64,000 bases of DNA from Girardia tigrina (taxonomy: Eukaryota). The number at the start of each line of letters is the position of its first letter. The stretch's first letter is position 1. The stretch lies in NCBI GenBank assembly GCA_001938485.1, contig MQRK01245168.1, forward strand, positions 15,050 through 79,049, given 5' to 3'. The notes below the pieces were generated by a model. That model was not told the origin of the DNA. It made no database searches and saw only the letters and a list, made by a program, of their open reading frames with translations. Positions 27,301 through 39,971 of this stretch are shown one piece after another. A program made the position numbers and the translations under genes.

Positions 27301-30300
27301 CAAATTTTTAATCCAAAAATAAATTGATAGTCTCGTTACATTATGCATTCTTGATTTATTCTCCTTTAATTATTTTATCTACAGTGTCACGAGTTAGTCT
27401 CTCAATAAAAGACTTAAAATACTCATTTTTAAAAATTATTAGGAGAGAACAACATGTTAAACACTGTTAATAAAATCTTGTGATTCAAAAATTAATGTTG
27501 AAACGGTATTCTCATCTACTTTGTAACAAATTTTCAATCAATCTTATGCAAATAAATATTCCTTTTTACTATATTACCAGTACAAATCACATAATTAGAA
27601 ATCTTTTGAAATACAGTCTACTTCGGCTAATCGGAACCACCGATTAAACCGAAAATCGAACGACTTTACGAGAACGAGCACAATATATACCATGTACTTT
27701 TATTCGTCTATTCCGAACAGTACATAATTGAGCAATATATATTGCACACTGTTAGTTTTAAAGTACTTTTCAAGTCAATAAAGTCGATTTTTTTATATCT
27801 AATAAACATGCATAAAAATAAAAATTTAGGTGCTAAAAATGCTTTTTTATTATAGGCAGCAACTTTTGTTAGGTTAATTAGTTGAATTTTCTCTTTTTAG
27901 GTCGATTCCGATAAGTTATTCGGATTACTCGATTTCCGGCTAAACCGAAAATCGGGAAATCTGGACGTTTTTTTGTGCATTTTGTGTGTTGAGATTAGCC
28001 GGAGTAGACAGTATTATTTTTAAATACACTTTTAAATGACATTCTTTTGTGTTAAATGGGAAAATGCCAGTTATACAATTATAGTTGTAAAATCAGGAAA
28101 TATACATTTGCCTAAATTTTAGTTGCTTATAAAAATACTAGTAAATAACCCGTCATGTATGACGGGTATAATTATTGAGTTAAAATTTCAAATAAATTTT
28201 CAAAATACGTTTTTTTCTTAAAATTCATTTATTTTAAACATGAATTATTAATTTAATTATCTACTTACAATTGTAAGTATTTTTTATACAATACAATGAC
28301 GTCATAGCGTTCTTGATAGAATCAGTAAATCAGTCAGTCAGTCAGTCACAGATCAAGACAAATATATATATTTATATTTTTTATAAAGCAAATAGATTTG
28401 AAGTTTATTGTCCCATCATTATATTTATATACATGAGAAAATAATTTGACATTTGTCGTCTTGATATTTTTATGCTTCATTGAATAATATATTAATAAAT
28501 TTTAGAATGATTCTAATTTTTCTATATTTTCAGACCGTAGTTGTTCATCATCGGAGTCGAGAAATAGCAGAAACTCTTCGTGAATCATTTATTCATAATT
28601 TGAGACGAATCGAAAACGCCATATCCATAGGTTATTTTGTTGATGGTGGAGGCTCGTTAGAATTGGAATTTGCCGCAGAACTTCGAGCAAGAGCAAGTAT
28701 ATTCAACTCTTTTACCAGATAATTGGTTTCAAAGTTCTACTGCAAATAAAAATTATTTTATTCATAATATGATTAAATTGCTAATTTTCGATGAAGGATT
28801 AGGCTTAGAAAAACGTAACACTTTATTACATGGGAAGGGAAATTTTGTAATTCATGAATCCGACTCCAAGTGATTCGTAAAATGAGTGAAAAGAGCTGAT
28901 ATAAGTTTAACCATACAAATAAATTACTTATTATTATTTAGAAGCAAAAATCGAATCTTGTATTTCTGTTTTGTTTTAGCAATTTAGACCAAAGTATTTC
29001 TTTTTGTGGAAAAATGTGTAAAAAATGTATCATAGAAAAGGAGAGAGTCTGAAATAAAAAAAACAATTTAACTTTTTAAGGGTAATTTCCTAGACATATC
29101 CCTTACTGTCATAAAATATTTCATAACTTATAGAATTATTTTGGAATCAAGAAATTTCTCCCACGCAGCATCAGGCCCATTCATTATGCTGGCGCTTCCT
29201 TTCTTTACTTATTATTACTTTTATTTCAAATAATTCAACTTTTACAACACCAACACAAATAAATCAATCTCACTGAAACACTACTTATTCACGATTTCAG
29301 AAATTTAGTATTGTGGATAGATATTTTTAAGAGCTAAAGAGAATTATACAACTTTACATAACTTTTGAGCAACATTTCATCTATTTATTTTACAAAAAGG
29401 CTAAGGTTTACTTTATACTCCTCAGAAGAAGATGTTGAAAATGTTTAAACAGAATTAATATATTCACAAATAAAATACAAAATAAAAAGGAAGTAGATTT
29501 ATGAATGTATAAAATTAAAGACAAAAAAATATTCAAAATAAATTTTAAAATGTTTAGTTTAAAAAATTATAATATCCAAAAAAATCAAAATACAGGTAGT
29601 CGTCGACTTACGACCTATGCGACTTACGACCATTCGACTTTACGACCACAATCGCTAGCCGCGGCGTACGACAGTGCATACCAGGTTCCGGTAGCACTAC
29701 CATATATGCGTGTACCATTTCAACTGGATCTGGTCTGCAGACACTCCAGGCACCTCATGAGTTGTTTACAAGCAAAAAAATGAATTTATTTATTATAATC
29801 ATTATAAATTAAATATTAATTACTTAATATTGATATTAATTTTTTCTTATTTTTAATTTAATTGTGAGTGTGAGAAACTAATAGTACAAGACGTATTTAA
29901 ATTGGTTTAATAAATATCTGTCTTAAATATTTTTCATCAAATCCCTCCCAAGATGTCTACCAAGAGGAAGTTGTCTTTGTCTACGCCTCAGCCTGTCAAG
30001 AAGGAAAGAAAGGTCATCGATCTCGATAAGAAAATGAATGTAATTAAGCAGTACGAAGGAGGAAAGAAAGTGAATGTGATCGCACGTGATATGAAGTTAT
30101 CACACTCGACTGTGTCGATGATTTTGAAAGATAAAGAAAGAATTTGTGAAGCTGTGAAAGGTTCTGCCCCCATGCGATCAACAGTTATAACAAAGCAAAG
30201 AAGCGGGCACATCCACGAAATGGAGAAATTGCTATATATTTGGATGGAAGAACAAATTCAAAAACGGACACAATTAAGTCTTTTTACTGTGCAGATGAAG

Positions 30301-33300
30301 GCGAGAAGTCTATTTCAGACTCTGAAGGAGCGTGCTGGAGACGATTGCAGTCAAGAATTTTTAGCAAGTACTGGCTGGTTCCAGAGATTTAAGAAAAGAT
30401 TTCAAATGCATAGTGTTCGAGTGACTGGAGAAGCAGCGAGTGCAGATGAGGAAGGAGCACGTACGTTTGTTGATAGTCTGGATAAATTAATTACAGCTGA
30501 GGGATATCTAACAGAATAGATTTTCAATGTTGATGAAACTGGATTATTTTGGAAACGGATACCAGCACGCACTTATATTCCCAAAGAGGACAAAAGCATG
30601 CCAGGATTTAAAGCATATAAGGATAGGCTAACTCTGCTGCTTGGTGGAAACTTCGCAGGGTTTAAGCTGAAGCCGTTCTTAATTTATCACTCAGAGAACC
30701 CGCGTGCGTTCAAAAATGTTAACAAGCACACACTGCCCGTCTACTTTCGTTCTCAACGTAAAGCATGGATGACACAAGGATTGTTTGAAGACTGGTTTAT
30801 GAACGGTTTTATTCCTCAAGTTCTAGAATATTGTTTGGAGAAAGATATTCCTTTCAAAATTTAATTGCTACTCAATAATGCGCCTGGACACCCACCATAT
30901 ATAGGCGATCTCAATCCTGATGTGAAATTTGTTTTCCTGCCGCCAAACACGACTCCATTCATCCAGCCTGGAGCGGAGAATTGCCAATTTGACCGGACAT
31001 TTATTTTTGCCAGTATTAGTGAATATAAATAAAATATATAACTAAATTAACAAATTAAATAAATTGCTTTAATTAAATAAAATGAANNNNNNNNNNNNNN
31101 NNNNNNNNNNNNNNNNNNNNNNNNNNNNNNNNNNNNTAACTAAATTAACAAATTAAATAAATTGCTTTAATTAAATAAAATGAATAAATTAAATAAATAA
31201 TTAAAAATAAAAGAAAAATTAATCAAATAACAAGAGAAATGAAAATGAATCGGTTTGTCAAAAAATAAATAAATCGTTAGAATAAAACTCGCAAAATTTC
31301 ATGAAATTAAACTCCACGAAACGACAGCTCTTTTATTTGAACTGGAACAACAGTCATTTGATTAATTATCAAATTTTTAATTCGTTTTGAATAATGTATG
31401 GTGAGCCTCATTTTTTTATTTTAATGTAATTTCTATACCAATGAATGACTGGTAATTTCTTTATTGCATGTTTGTGTGTATGTTATGTGATATGTATTGC
31501 GTGTTTGTGTTTAATGAAATGAAAATAATTGATTGGTGAATGTCTGTTTGTTGTATGTGTGTGTGTAAAAAGTTATTTTGTGAATTATAATCACAATTAA
31601 CAATTATTTCAATTCCAATTAAAAACAATTACAAAAAAGTGTGTAAAAGTGTTCAATTTCAAATTCGTAATCTGAAATCGAATTGATTTTGTTTCCTTAA
31701 TAAAAATTTGGATAAAAAAGTGTTTTTCATTTCAAATAAAAGGGAAAAGAGTTCAGTTAATTGAAATTTTATAAATAATTTTACGGCGATTTAAAAAGAT
31801 TTCAATTTCTTAATGGAAAACTTGAATAATATAATGGCATCCAGTATCAGTGACGATGATTTTGAAAACTGTAATTCTCGTAAACAAAATAATCTACCAA
31901 ATATCGATATTATTGCATGTTGTGAAGATACTGAGAATATAAAAGATTCTGATGACCAAAATAATTCCGTAAAAATCGATTTAACAATTTCCAGCGATAC
32001 TAAGACTGTATGTGTTAGTGAAGACTCTTGTGAATTTGAATTGTGTAAACGAGATGGAATTCCGCTCATTGTTTCGTTCAATAAAATGAAAAGCACCTTT
32101 CAACCGATATGTAAAATGAGAAACAATTCTCTTCCTAAAATATTGTGGAGACACGGCTTCCTGTCCACAGCCTATGGACCAAGGTGCGATTGCTACATTT
32201 AAGGCCAACTATCTCCGAACCACCTTCGCTCAAGCAATATCCGCTATAGATGCTGACTCAGAACTAACATTGCGAGATTTTTGGAAACACTACAACATTT
32301 TGATGAGTATCAAGAATATCGCTACCGCCTGGGAGGCTTTGACGACAAAGTGCATGAATGGCATCTGGAAAAATTATGTTAAGCGCTATGTTAATGATTT
32401 TGACGGATTTCACAGTGAACATGAAATCGAAACGATTCAGGAAAAAATAGTAAAACTCGCTAAAGACCTTTCTTTGGAGTGTGAAATGGAAGATGNNNNN
32501 NNNNNNNNNNNNNNNNNNNNNNNNNNNNNNNNNNNNNNNNNNNNNNNNNNNNNNNNNNNNNNNNNNNNNNNNNNNNNNNNNNNNNNNNNNNNNNNNNNNN
32601 NNNNNNNNNNNNNNNNNNNNNNNNNNNNNNNNNNNNNNNNNNNNNNNNNNNNNNNNNNNNNNNNNNNNNNNNNNNNNNNNNNNNNNNNNNNNNNNNNNNN
32701 NNNNNNNNNNNNNNNNNNNNNNNNNNNNNNNNNNNNNNNNNNNNNNNNNNNNNNNNNNNNNNGATGTGTTTCGTCCGTATCGTGAAATTTATGAAGAAAA
32801 AAAGAAACAAGCAATTCAGACAAAGCTCACAATGTTTATGAAAAAACCAACTCCGGTAACCCCAACTGCTGCCTCAGATGATGACATCAATGATCCGCAG
32901 CCAAGCACCAGCGGCCAATAAAATGTTTCATACATGTCTATATATTTGAATATGTTATGTTTTGCAATTGGAAAAATGTTTCCTATTGTATTTTTTAAAC
33001 CTGTATTTTGTAATTTTGTATGTTTTGCAAATATTAAACCAGTTGTAACAGTTGCACAGTACTGTACATATAGCCTAATCATCTTACGACCAAATCGTGT
33101 TACGACCGGTCTGTCGGAACCAATCGTGGTCGTAAGTCGACGACTACCTGTAAATCTTATTTTATGTTGCAGATAGAAAATTGAAAAGAAACAAATTGCT
33201 AACAAATGTATTAATTACTAAATCAGAATATATTTAAACAAATAACAGGACACAAATATTATTTTAATCCTGAATTAAAATAATAATTTCGATTGTCGTC

Positions 33301-35193
33301 ACATATTCGATTGTTGTTCGATTGTTGTCACATAGTACACATAAGTGTCGAATTATAATATCGAAAAATCAAAAAAAATTCTTATATTAAATATACAAAT
33401 ATTTTATACATTTTAAAACATAATAATTAAAAAATATATACAAAATTTAAAAAATAAGAAATCGTGAAAATTAATTTTTATAAACAATCTGTTTTTAATA
33501 ATTAACATTTATACATATATTTATATTTAGTTGTATATATATATATACGTGTGTGTTATCCATGGAATTTAGAAACCTGTTTTTGAAAGCTTTTTTTATC
33601 GATTTTCTTCAACCTTGGCACACTCGCTGTTTTGTTTTTTTTGACAATAAATGATTACGTAAAAATTTGATCTAAAAAACTTTTTAAGATCCCAAAATTG
33701 GAGAAAACAGAAAAATCGGAGTTCCCGAACAATATTAATTGCAAGATATCTACTTATAAATTATAAGTATTTATATTGATTTTTAATGTGTTTTTTTAAT
33801 TAAAATTTTTTAAATTTTAAAAACTTTGTTGGCAAAGTAGAGTTCTGTCTGCATAAAGAATGGATATAAAAAAAATAATTTTTGACCGTTCAAGGGACAG
33901 TAGATGTGGGAGCCATCGATTACAAAGGTACCTTTTCCACATCTGAATGAGATGATTTCGAGCTGTCTCCGGGGAAATTGCCAAATCAAGTGCTATGGAG
34001 CGACATTTACTGTATTTGCCCAAATCCAGCTGTTGAAATATAGCGTCATCAATGTTTATTGACGGCCTTCCAGAGCGCTGTAGATCTTCCACATTAAAAT
34101 CGCCGTTGTTAAACTGTGTTACCCATCGACGGCAAGTGCTCTCACTAACAGCACCACTTCCAAGTGCTGCATTCATCTCTTTACATATAACAGTGGGATT
34201 CAAATTATGTTTCCAGCAGTAATTTATCACCATTCGAATATCACGTTGACTCAAATTCATTTTAACGCAATGAAAATACAACTTTCAAACAATATTGCAA
34301 AATAATGTTAATTTTCGAAACAATTTGTTAACTGATAGTTTGAAATTAGTTTTCCTACAATAGGAAAAATTGATTATTTTTGAATTATATTTTACAAAAT
34401 CATTCAAAAATGTATATGTTATCTTTACAGTAAATATCATAGACATTTATCACCGCGTTCACTAGATACTTATAGAAAACCATGGGTCAAAACTTTCTGC
34501 ACAGACTTGTATTTAGCCTGCATCAGTACCAATATATTTGCGATGAGATTGAGATCGGGACTTAAAGACGATCAATTGCACGTTACAATACCTTTAATAT
34601 AGAGAATGATTCTCGTCTTCATGCTTCATGTTTTATATAATTGGACACTCACACAAAGTCCAAAAGTCATTTATCACATTTAAGTTCCATTATGAGACTA
34701 TTATGAGTCAATGTTCACAAGTCAGAGTTATCGTGTATTTGCTTATGTACTTTGTTTTAAACGCTAAAGTATATTTATTGATAAAAAAATAAAGTTAACT
34801 TGATAAATATGTAACTTGATTTCCGATTATAGATGATAAAATAATCCATAATAAAGGCGATGAAAGCATAGAAATTAAATCTAAAGTTTTGCTGGCAATA
34901 ACAAATGCTTTGGAATTATTTCACTTTCATTTGAAATCTAATCTATCCAACTCTTCTATGGAACCAAATAATCAAATGGTATTTTTTCTCTGAAATAGAG
35001 TAAAATTAAATACTTTCAGAAAATAGACGATTTAGAAAGTAAAATCGGAAGTCTTCAACTTCTTTCAGAATGTCTGACTAATCTTTTTGCGACGAATTTG
35101 ATAGTTTGGAAATCTATTCCAGAAACGAGTGTTCCAAATTATGATTTAGAAAATTTGAAAGAAAAAAATAACAAATTTTCAAATATTTCCTGA
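15393..35193 (+). CDS. BBS12: Bardet-Biedl syndrome 12 chaperonin-like protein, spliced; 5' exon(s) not located
   Basis: Exons 15393-15494, 19651-20250, 24732-24866, 24905-25075, 25129-25245, 28534-28696, 34833-34978 and 35020-35193 are all GT-AG and phase-compatible, giving 535 aa plus TGA. Motifs align in order with BBS12 as recalled: IQHERYG, IIQGIQEGL, LCHYDCSDM (cf. LSHGDHSSM), W...L....VNCVLVSG, RIENA....FVDGGGSLE, DDLESKI...L..LFATNLIV. Confidence 0.8.
16000..16800 (-). mobile_element. possible heavily decayed LTR-retrotransposon gag fragment
   Basis: Higher GC than flanks, frameshifted remnants resembling a CCHC knuckle, and a TGTTATG LTR-like end at 15659. Weak evidence. Confidence 0.3.
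17170..17900 (-). mobile_element. Merlin (IS1595/ISXO2-like) transposase pseudogene
   Basis: Minus-strand fragments read KLGG.ETIVQIDES..KIWVF and IHWDEWQTYRPL..HGFNHQTANHSLFFVDPVTGVHTQAIE, typical of Merlin/ISXO2 DDE transposases. Frameshifted. Confidence 0.85.
18085..19391 (+). mobile_element. full-length mariner (DD34D), defective
   Basis: TA-flanked ~30-bp TIRs TT(A/G)GGTTGA(G/A)GAATAAGTTCCCGCCGTTTTTTGA. Transposase 18270-19316 has WVPHIL, VTGNEKW, HDNARPH and YSPNLTPSD, with two in-frame stops. Confidence 0.96.
19651..20250 (+). CDS. BBS12: BBS12 large internal exon (600 nt)
   Basis: Bounded by AG at 19649-19650 and GTAAGT at 20251; open for 200 codons. Confidence 0.82.
20309..20800 (+). 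mobile_element. decayed partial copy of the Tc1/maT-like element at 56626
   Basis: Nucleotide similarity to 56630-56970 (GCTGCAGGACACACCGATTCAGAAA); multiple frameshifts. Confidence 0.8.
21120..21368 (+). repeat. dispersed AT-rich repeat shared with ~58040-58290
   Basis: Colinear blocks TGTTATTTTATTAAGTTTTG, TTTTAGATCTTTAAAAAT and AAACATTCAATTATAAATT occur in both places. Confidence 0.75.
21369..21794. mobile_element. putative MITE
   Basis: Imperfect inverted ends GCGCAATTTCC ... GGGAATTGCGC; GC content above background. Confidence 0.4.
22768..23920 (+). mobile_element. MULE/Mutator derivative with ~15-bp tandem subterminal repeats
   Basis: ORF 23384-23761 reads YFEDNYVG...RTNNHAESAH...LWKFINGL. 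About nine TTTCTCCTCCGACG-like units lie at 22780-22908, and 22915-23030 is an inverted repeat of 23800-23915. Confidence 0.85.
24732..25245 (+). CDS. BBS12: BBS12 exon cluster (24732-24866, 24905-25075, 25129-25245)
   Basis: 38-bp and 53-bp GT-AG introns, both phase 0. Confidence 0.8.
27614..28011. mobile_element. pogo/Tc1-type MITE
   Basis: TA|CAGTCTACTTCGGCTAATC ... GATTAGCCGGAGTAGACAG|TA. Confidence 0.85.
28138..28390 (-). mobile_element. non-autonomous Helitron-like element
   Basis: On the minus strand the hairpin ACCCGTCATACATGACGGGT is followed by CTAG|T, and there is a (CAGT)n microsatellite at ~28322-28350. The 5' end is approximate. Confidence 0.65.
28534..28696 (+). CDS. BBS12: BBS12 exon with the chaperonin GGG motif
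   Basis: TTTTCAG acceptor; translates TVVVHH...FVDGGGSLELEF; phase-1 donor matches the exon at 34833. Confidence 0.8.
29593..33150 (+). mobile_element. Tigger/pogo transposon (Tigger1/CENP-B-like), defective and interrupted
   Basis: TA-flanked 23-bp perfect TIR CAGGTAGTCGTCGACTTACGACC. Transposase 29953-32921 has HTH-psq, FLASTGWF.RFKKR, IFNVDETGLFWK and PPNTT..IQP|MDQG, with stops, a nested insertion and an N gap. Confidence 0.95.
30969..32167 (+). mobile_element. TGGA...TCCA element (solo-LTR-like), copy 2, nested in the Tigger transposase
   Basis: Perfect 5-bp TSD CAGCC (30964-30968 and 32168-32172). Removing the element restores ATC CAG CCT ATG GAC (IQPMD). Confidence 0.9.
33817..34509 (-). 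mobile_element. mariner 5' fragment
   Basis: ORF 33817-34281 has the HTH region, RSGRP and RWLPHLL. A single TIR-like end ...AAACTTTCTGCACAGACTTG|TA is present. Confidence 0.8.
34833..35193 (+). CDS. BBS12: BBS12 last two exons (34833-34978, 35020-35193)
   Basis: 41-bp GT-AG intron; ends ...KFSNIS-TGA. Confidence 0.75.
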
Positions 35194-35351
35194 TTTTATG
35201 TACTTATTAATTGATTAATTTTGCATTATTTGATATCAAAATAAAATACTTTTGCTTTACAATCTATATTATATAATTTTTAATTTTTTTCTAATTGTAT
35301 AATCACAAAATGGTGAAAATATATCTCGTAAATAAAAAATCTGTCTATTAA

Positions 35352-35421
35352 CCCTTTCAGTCCTAGTGCTACATATATGTACCACGAAATTTTAGAATAT
35401 TTGTATTCAGAGCCGAAAGGG
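35352..35421. mobile_element. very small piggyBac-type MITE (70 bp)
   Basis: TTAA|CCCTTTCAG ... CCGAAAGGG|TTAA. Confidence 0.7.
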
Positions 35422-35700
35422 TTAATAATATTTACCTTTTATCTGAGACTTATCTGGCTAGAAAATTATATATAATTGAATATAAATACACCATTTATAA
35501 AAAATTACTTTCAGAGAATGTAAGTAGAATCACACATAACAACAATTAATTCATTAATTTAAAAAATCATACAAACAATTTGAATATTTAAATAAAGTTA
35601 CAATATTTCTTTTAATATTTCAGAAGCATTTGTAATGATATTTACGATCCTTTATGACTCTATTCTCTATCGACAATTAATTTCGACTGTACAACCGTCT

Positions 35701-35943
35701 TTGTCAGGTCACCAAGAAAATATGAATTTTAAATCTACCTATATGTTCAACCAATAAATAATTGTGTCAACTGAACACAATTTTAAATTTATATATGTTT
35801 ATATTAACATATTAATATAAACGTAAATACTTAAAAATTCTTTGGGATCAGTTTAATAACTATTGAGACATTTATTGATTGTATATACACTGGTGGACTA
35901 TTTAGGCAGATTTTAAATTCATATTTTCTTGATGACCTGACGA
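35701..35943. repeat. MITE-like ~40-bp inverted repeat pair
   Basis: GTCAGGTCACCAAGAAAATATGAATTTTAAATCTACCTA versus TAGGCAGATTTTAAATTCATATTTTCTTGATGACCTGAC. Confidence 0.75.
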
Positions 35944-35958
35944 TAATTATTATAATTA

Positions 35959-37288
35959 CAGCGTTGTCAACTAAGTTTTTTTCCGAAAATAACAAAAACT
36001 ATCAAATATAATGTCCAATCATTCATCATCATCAGCCAAGTGTTCAAAATAGCAGTCATTATTGTCAATGTGACGTTGCCAACGTCCTGGCAACTTATTG
36101 ATACCATTCTCGAAGAAGGATCGACCTTGGTGTTCAACCACTCCTGAAGTTTCTGCTAACCTCCTCAGAAGATGCACAGTTCTGACCTTTCAAAGCTGCT
36201 TTCATTGGTAAAAATAGATAGTAGTCTGAAGGAGCCAGATCCGGTAATAGGGGTGATATGGTAGGATGCTTAGATGCATTTCGGCAATCTTGGCCTGGGT
36301 GAGATGTGCCGTATGGGGACATGTATTTATCCTGAAGAAGATACAGAAAACTGTCCGTGGTTTTCCGTCGTCGTTTTACCAGGATAGCTGTCTTCAGCTT
36401 TTCCAGCAAACTGCAGTAGTATGTTACCGTCATAGTTTTTCCATTTTATAACACATCCATCAAGATCACACCTTTCGAATACCAAAAGACGGTAGCCAGA
36501 TGCTTCCTCGTAGTTAACCTCACCTTGGATTCTGTAGCAGGCTCATCACCACTTCACACCAAGATTTGTGAGTGTATGAGGATGTATTCTCCCAGAATAC
36601 CCAAATCTCATCCACAGTCACTATACGGTGCAGGAAATTGTTGCTGCGGTACATAGCAAGCAGTTTTTCACACACAGACATTCTCTTTTCCTTAGCAGCT
36701 TCTGTTAAAATATATGGAACGCACGCGTTGGCGAGGTAACGTTTGTTCATTTTCATGAGATTCTGACGCACTGCTTCGTGGCTAATTCCAATTTCTTGGT
36801 CAATTACAAATTTGTTTTCCTCTATAATTCGTTCTATATCTGCAGCCACCTCATAAGAAGGTCGCCCACTGCGAACGTTTTCATTTACCTCAAAGTTACC
36901 GTTCTCGAATTTCTTTATCCAGTTGGAACATGTACGTGACGTAGTTGTTCCCTCTCCCAGTGTGTTGTTTATCTCTTTTGCAATGTCTACAGCTGATAAT
37001 TTACGCTTACAATAATAGAAAATAAGCTTTCTCACGTCTTCTCTGTTGAAATTCAAAGTTTACTTTGAAAGATGACAAAAATATTGTAATATCGTAGTAC
37101 TCTAAATAAACAATTTTTAATTTATTGCATTTTTTTATTATGTAAACTGAAATAAATATTAATAAAATTTTAATAGTTATAATGTATATTAATCATACAA
37201 TATGCACACCACATTTGGATTTCTTAGCGGTCATAGATCTCCAGATACAACGATAAATGCATTGGAAAAAACTTAGTTGACAACCCTG
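35959..37288 (-). mobile_element. full-length mariner, defective
   Basis: TA|CAGCGTTGTCAACTAAGTTTTTTCC ... GGAAAAAACTTAGTTGACAACCCTG|TA. ORFs 36520-37056 (IVTVDEIWV) and 36134-36433 (PDLAPSDYYLF). Confidence 0.93.
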
Positions 37289-37872
37289 TATCAATAAGGT
37301 TCAAATAGTGAATGGAGAAAATAACAAAGTAATAAAGGGAATTTTATTGCTAAAATCATTGTTTCATGCCTTCAATGATTGCCCTTTTTACTGGCTTGGT
37401 AAGAAACTGCAACAACGAACTTTGGTGTATTGACATACTTGAATTGATTTTTAAAAGTTAAATAAGCGCAAAACATCCACACTTCCGATACGTTAAAGCA
37501 CAATGAATTTGACGCCAGTATATGCATTTTAAATAAAATTTTATTTACTAAAGTATTCAATCAGAAAATCAGCATTCTAGGACCATCGATAAAAATAAAA
37601 AAATAATATAAACTTTAGAATAAGAACTAAAAAACGTTTGAAATTTTCTATGCGGTTTCTATGAGAAACGATACCATAAAACCAATTTGAGAAATAATAT
37701 TTTTATGCAACAAGTAGAGAACAGTGTCGGTTTTTGGTGTATACAAAACTATCCGTACTGAGATTATAAAGCACAGAATTAGAGCCTATTATGTGTCTTA
37801 AAACACTCATATTAGTAGGGGGAAAATGTATGTTTAGAACCAATCGATAATTAACCCCCGGGGGGCTTACAC

Positions 37873-38105
37873 GTTGTCATGGCAATGGTTACGATCACCT
37901 TGCCCTAGGCAGCAGCGGTTCCGATCACCCTAGCAATGGTTCCGATCACCTTTACCTACGCAGCAACGGTAACCAAGGTCCAGATTACCTTAGCAACGGT
38001 AATCAAGGGACCGTTTTCATTAGCAACGGATACAGTAATTCAAGGCGGTGTAACTTTGGTAACGGTAACTGTATCCATTGCAACCGTAACCATTTCATTA
38101 GCAAC
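37873..38105 (+). promoter_or_regulatory. array of RFX X-box-like motifs (possibly a TE subterminal repeat)
   Basis: At least 7 units including GTTGTCATGGCAAT (37873), ATTACCTTAGCAAC (37984), GTAACTTTGGTAAC (38050), GTATCCATTGCAAC (38071) and ATTTCATTAGCAAC (38092). Confidence 0.45.
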
Positions 38106-39971
38106 CGTAGAAAAAAGTGCTAATCGATCACTACCCAGTGCTCAAATGTGCTAATTGATATTTTTAAAGTGATATTCGATAGTGCATATTGTGCCGCACA
38201 TTCTTAATATGCTAGCACAATGTTTTTTATGTTGCACACGTGCAAAAGTTCAACAATCAATACATATAATTTTTTAAAGGTGCTAGTGTCAAAAATCGAA
38301 ATTATGTGTTTGATGCACATTTTAATTTTCTATCTTAATTGGTAATAAGAATTTTCATATATTTTAATAACTTTTTCCTATAATTAATATAATGTGCAAA
38401 TTTACACAAAATGTACATCGATTTTAGAGGTACAAGAAAGCATAATATCAATAAAGTGCTGATGCACTTGAATAGAAAACCATATACGTACATTCAGATT
38501 CCATGTCAACATTTTCGAAAAAGTTTTGAAAAATCAATTTTTTCGAATATTTCTGAAATTCTCAAAAAAGTGCTAAAAAATCGATTTTTTCGTATATATA
38601 TGAAACCCCTATGATATATGTATGTTATTTACCATCAAACAATACCTCATAAATTGCCTAATGTACCCAATCCACAATCACAAGTACCTTGGTTACTGTA
38701 ACCAAGATAAATAACCTTTTATATAATATGTAAAATCTACATGTAAAAACTCCTATTGTACTTAAAACATGCATTGACATGATACATAACATCTACATAA
38801 TCAGCTAAAGTACCTGAGCCTAGGCATCAATCATCAAAAGTACTTTGGTTACCGTAACCATGATACATAATGTAGTGCCCTACTTACTGACACTGCATGA
38901 TTGTTTTGTTTGTGTGTCTTTTGACCTTTGTGTTGCTTTCGTTTTTTTTGTACAAAGCCTTAATTTTCTTTGAGCGGTGTTTGTATATGGGTTTTTTTTG
39001 AGAGTGAAGTATGTTGTGTTCGCGACCATGTCTCGTGGAATAATTCAGATTTATCAAATACAAATTAAAAAATTAAAACTGAAATAATCGCTGAAAGTGT
39101 CGTTATAGACACAATTAACGCGTTGGAAAACAGAATTAGTTACATTTGACTGATCCTACAATCCTGACTCCACAAATTTACAATCACTGCTCGTTACTTG
39201 TTCTAAGTGACTCAAGCTACAATTTGTTCATATCTCGCCTATGTCATGTATTTTTGGATCAAAGCAATTTACTATTTTATCAAATATCAAGCCTCGAGAT
39301 TTGGATCTGTAGATTGTTGTTCCAATTTATACAGAGCATCTTTTTAGCCTCTACCACAATACGGAACAATCTATGAGAATTGTCATATTTATATTAACTC
39401 TTTGTCAGCATGTACTTTATTAATAGAAATAATAAACTTCAAAAAAAAGATCAATAATCAAATTGATCAAATAAATTTGGACTTAATAATTTACCGACGA
39501 AATTATGATTGGGATTATGTTTTATTAAAAATGTTTACCATGTTTGGAGTTTTTTCTGACATTAATAAATTATAGAGGTGATTTTTATTTATTTTAGATT
39601 AAAGTGTTTTTTAGTCGTCATACTGTGTTAATTTAGTTCCTTTTATTTCTTTTATCTCAAGTAGAAATAGTTGATCCATCGGTTTTACGGGATCAATTGT
39701 GTTGTTCGACGGTTTTGTCTCAAGACAATATTTTCTTTTTTTTTGTGATTTTACACAATTGAATAAGAAATCAAATTAAGTCAAACAACAAATTAAGTAA
39801 CAATTGAATCAAAAACAAGAAATAGTCAACGTATAATATAATAAAATCACCTTTATTATCACAACAAAATTGCATAAAAATTAATCCTTAACGGTATATT
39901 AGTCTTTGGCTTGATTTATTGTTAATTTATAATTTTTTATCGATTATTTTTTTATCCATAATAATATAATT

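Noticed and set aside
28697-28873. 22-bp intron followed by an extra BBS12 exon (ORF 28670-28873)
   Set aside because: The intron is shorter than any other here, and direct splicing to 34833 already gives the expected colinear alignment.
31018-31185. Direct repeats flanking 50-N gaps (also 61144-61260)
   Set aside because: Typical unmerged contig overlap artefact.
37936-38154. 72-aa Thr/Val-rich ORF resembling an ice-binding or mucin repeat
   Set aside because: A by-product of the GCAACGGTAAC DNA repeat, with no splice or gene context.
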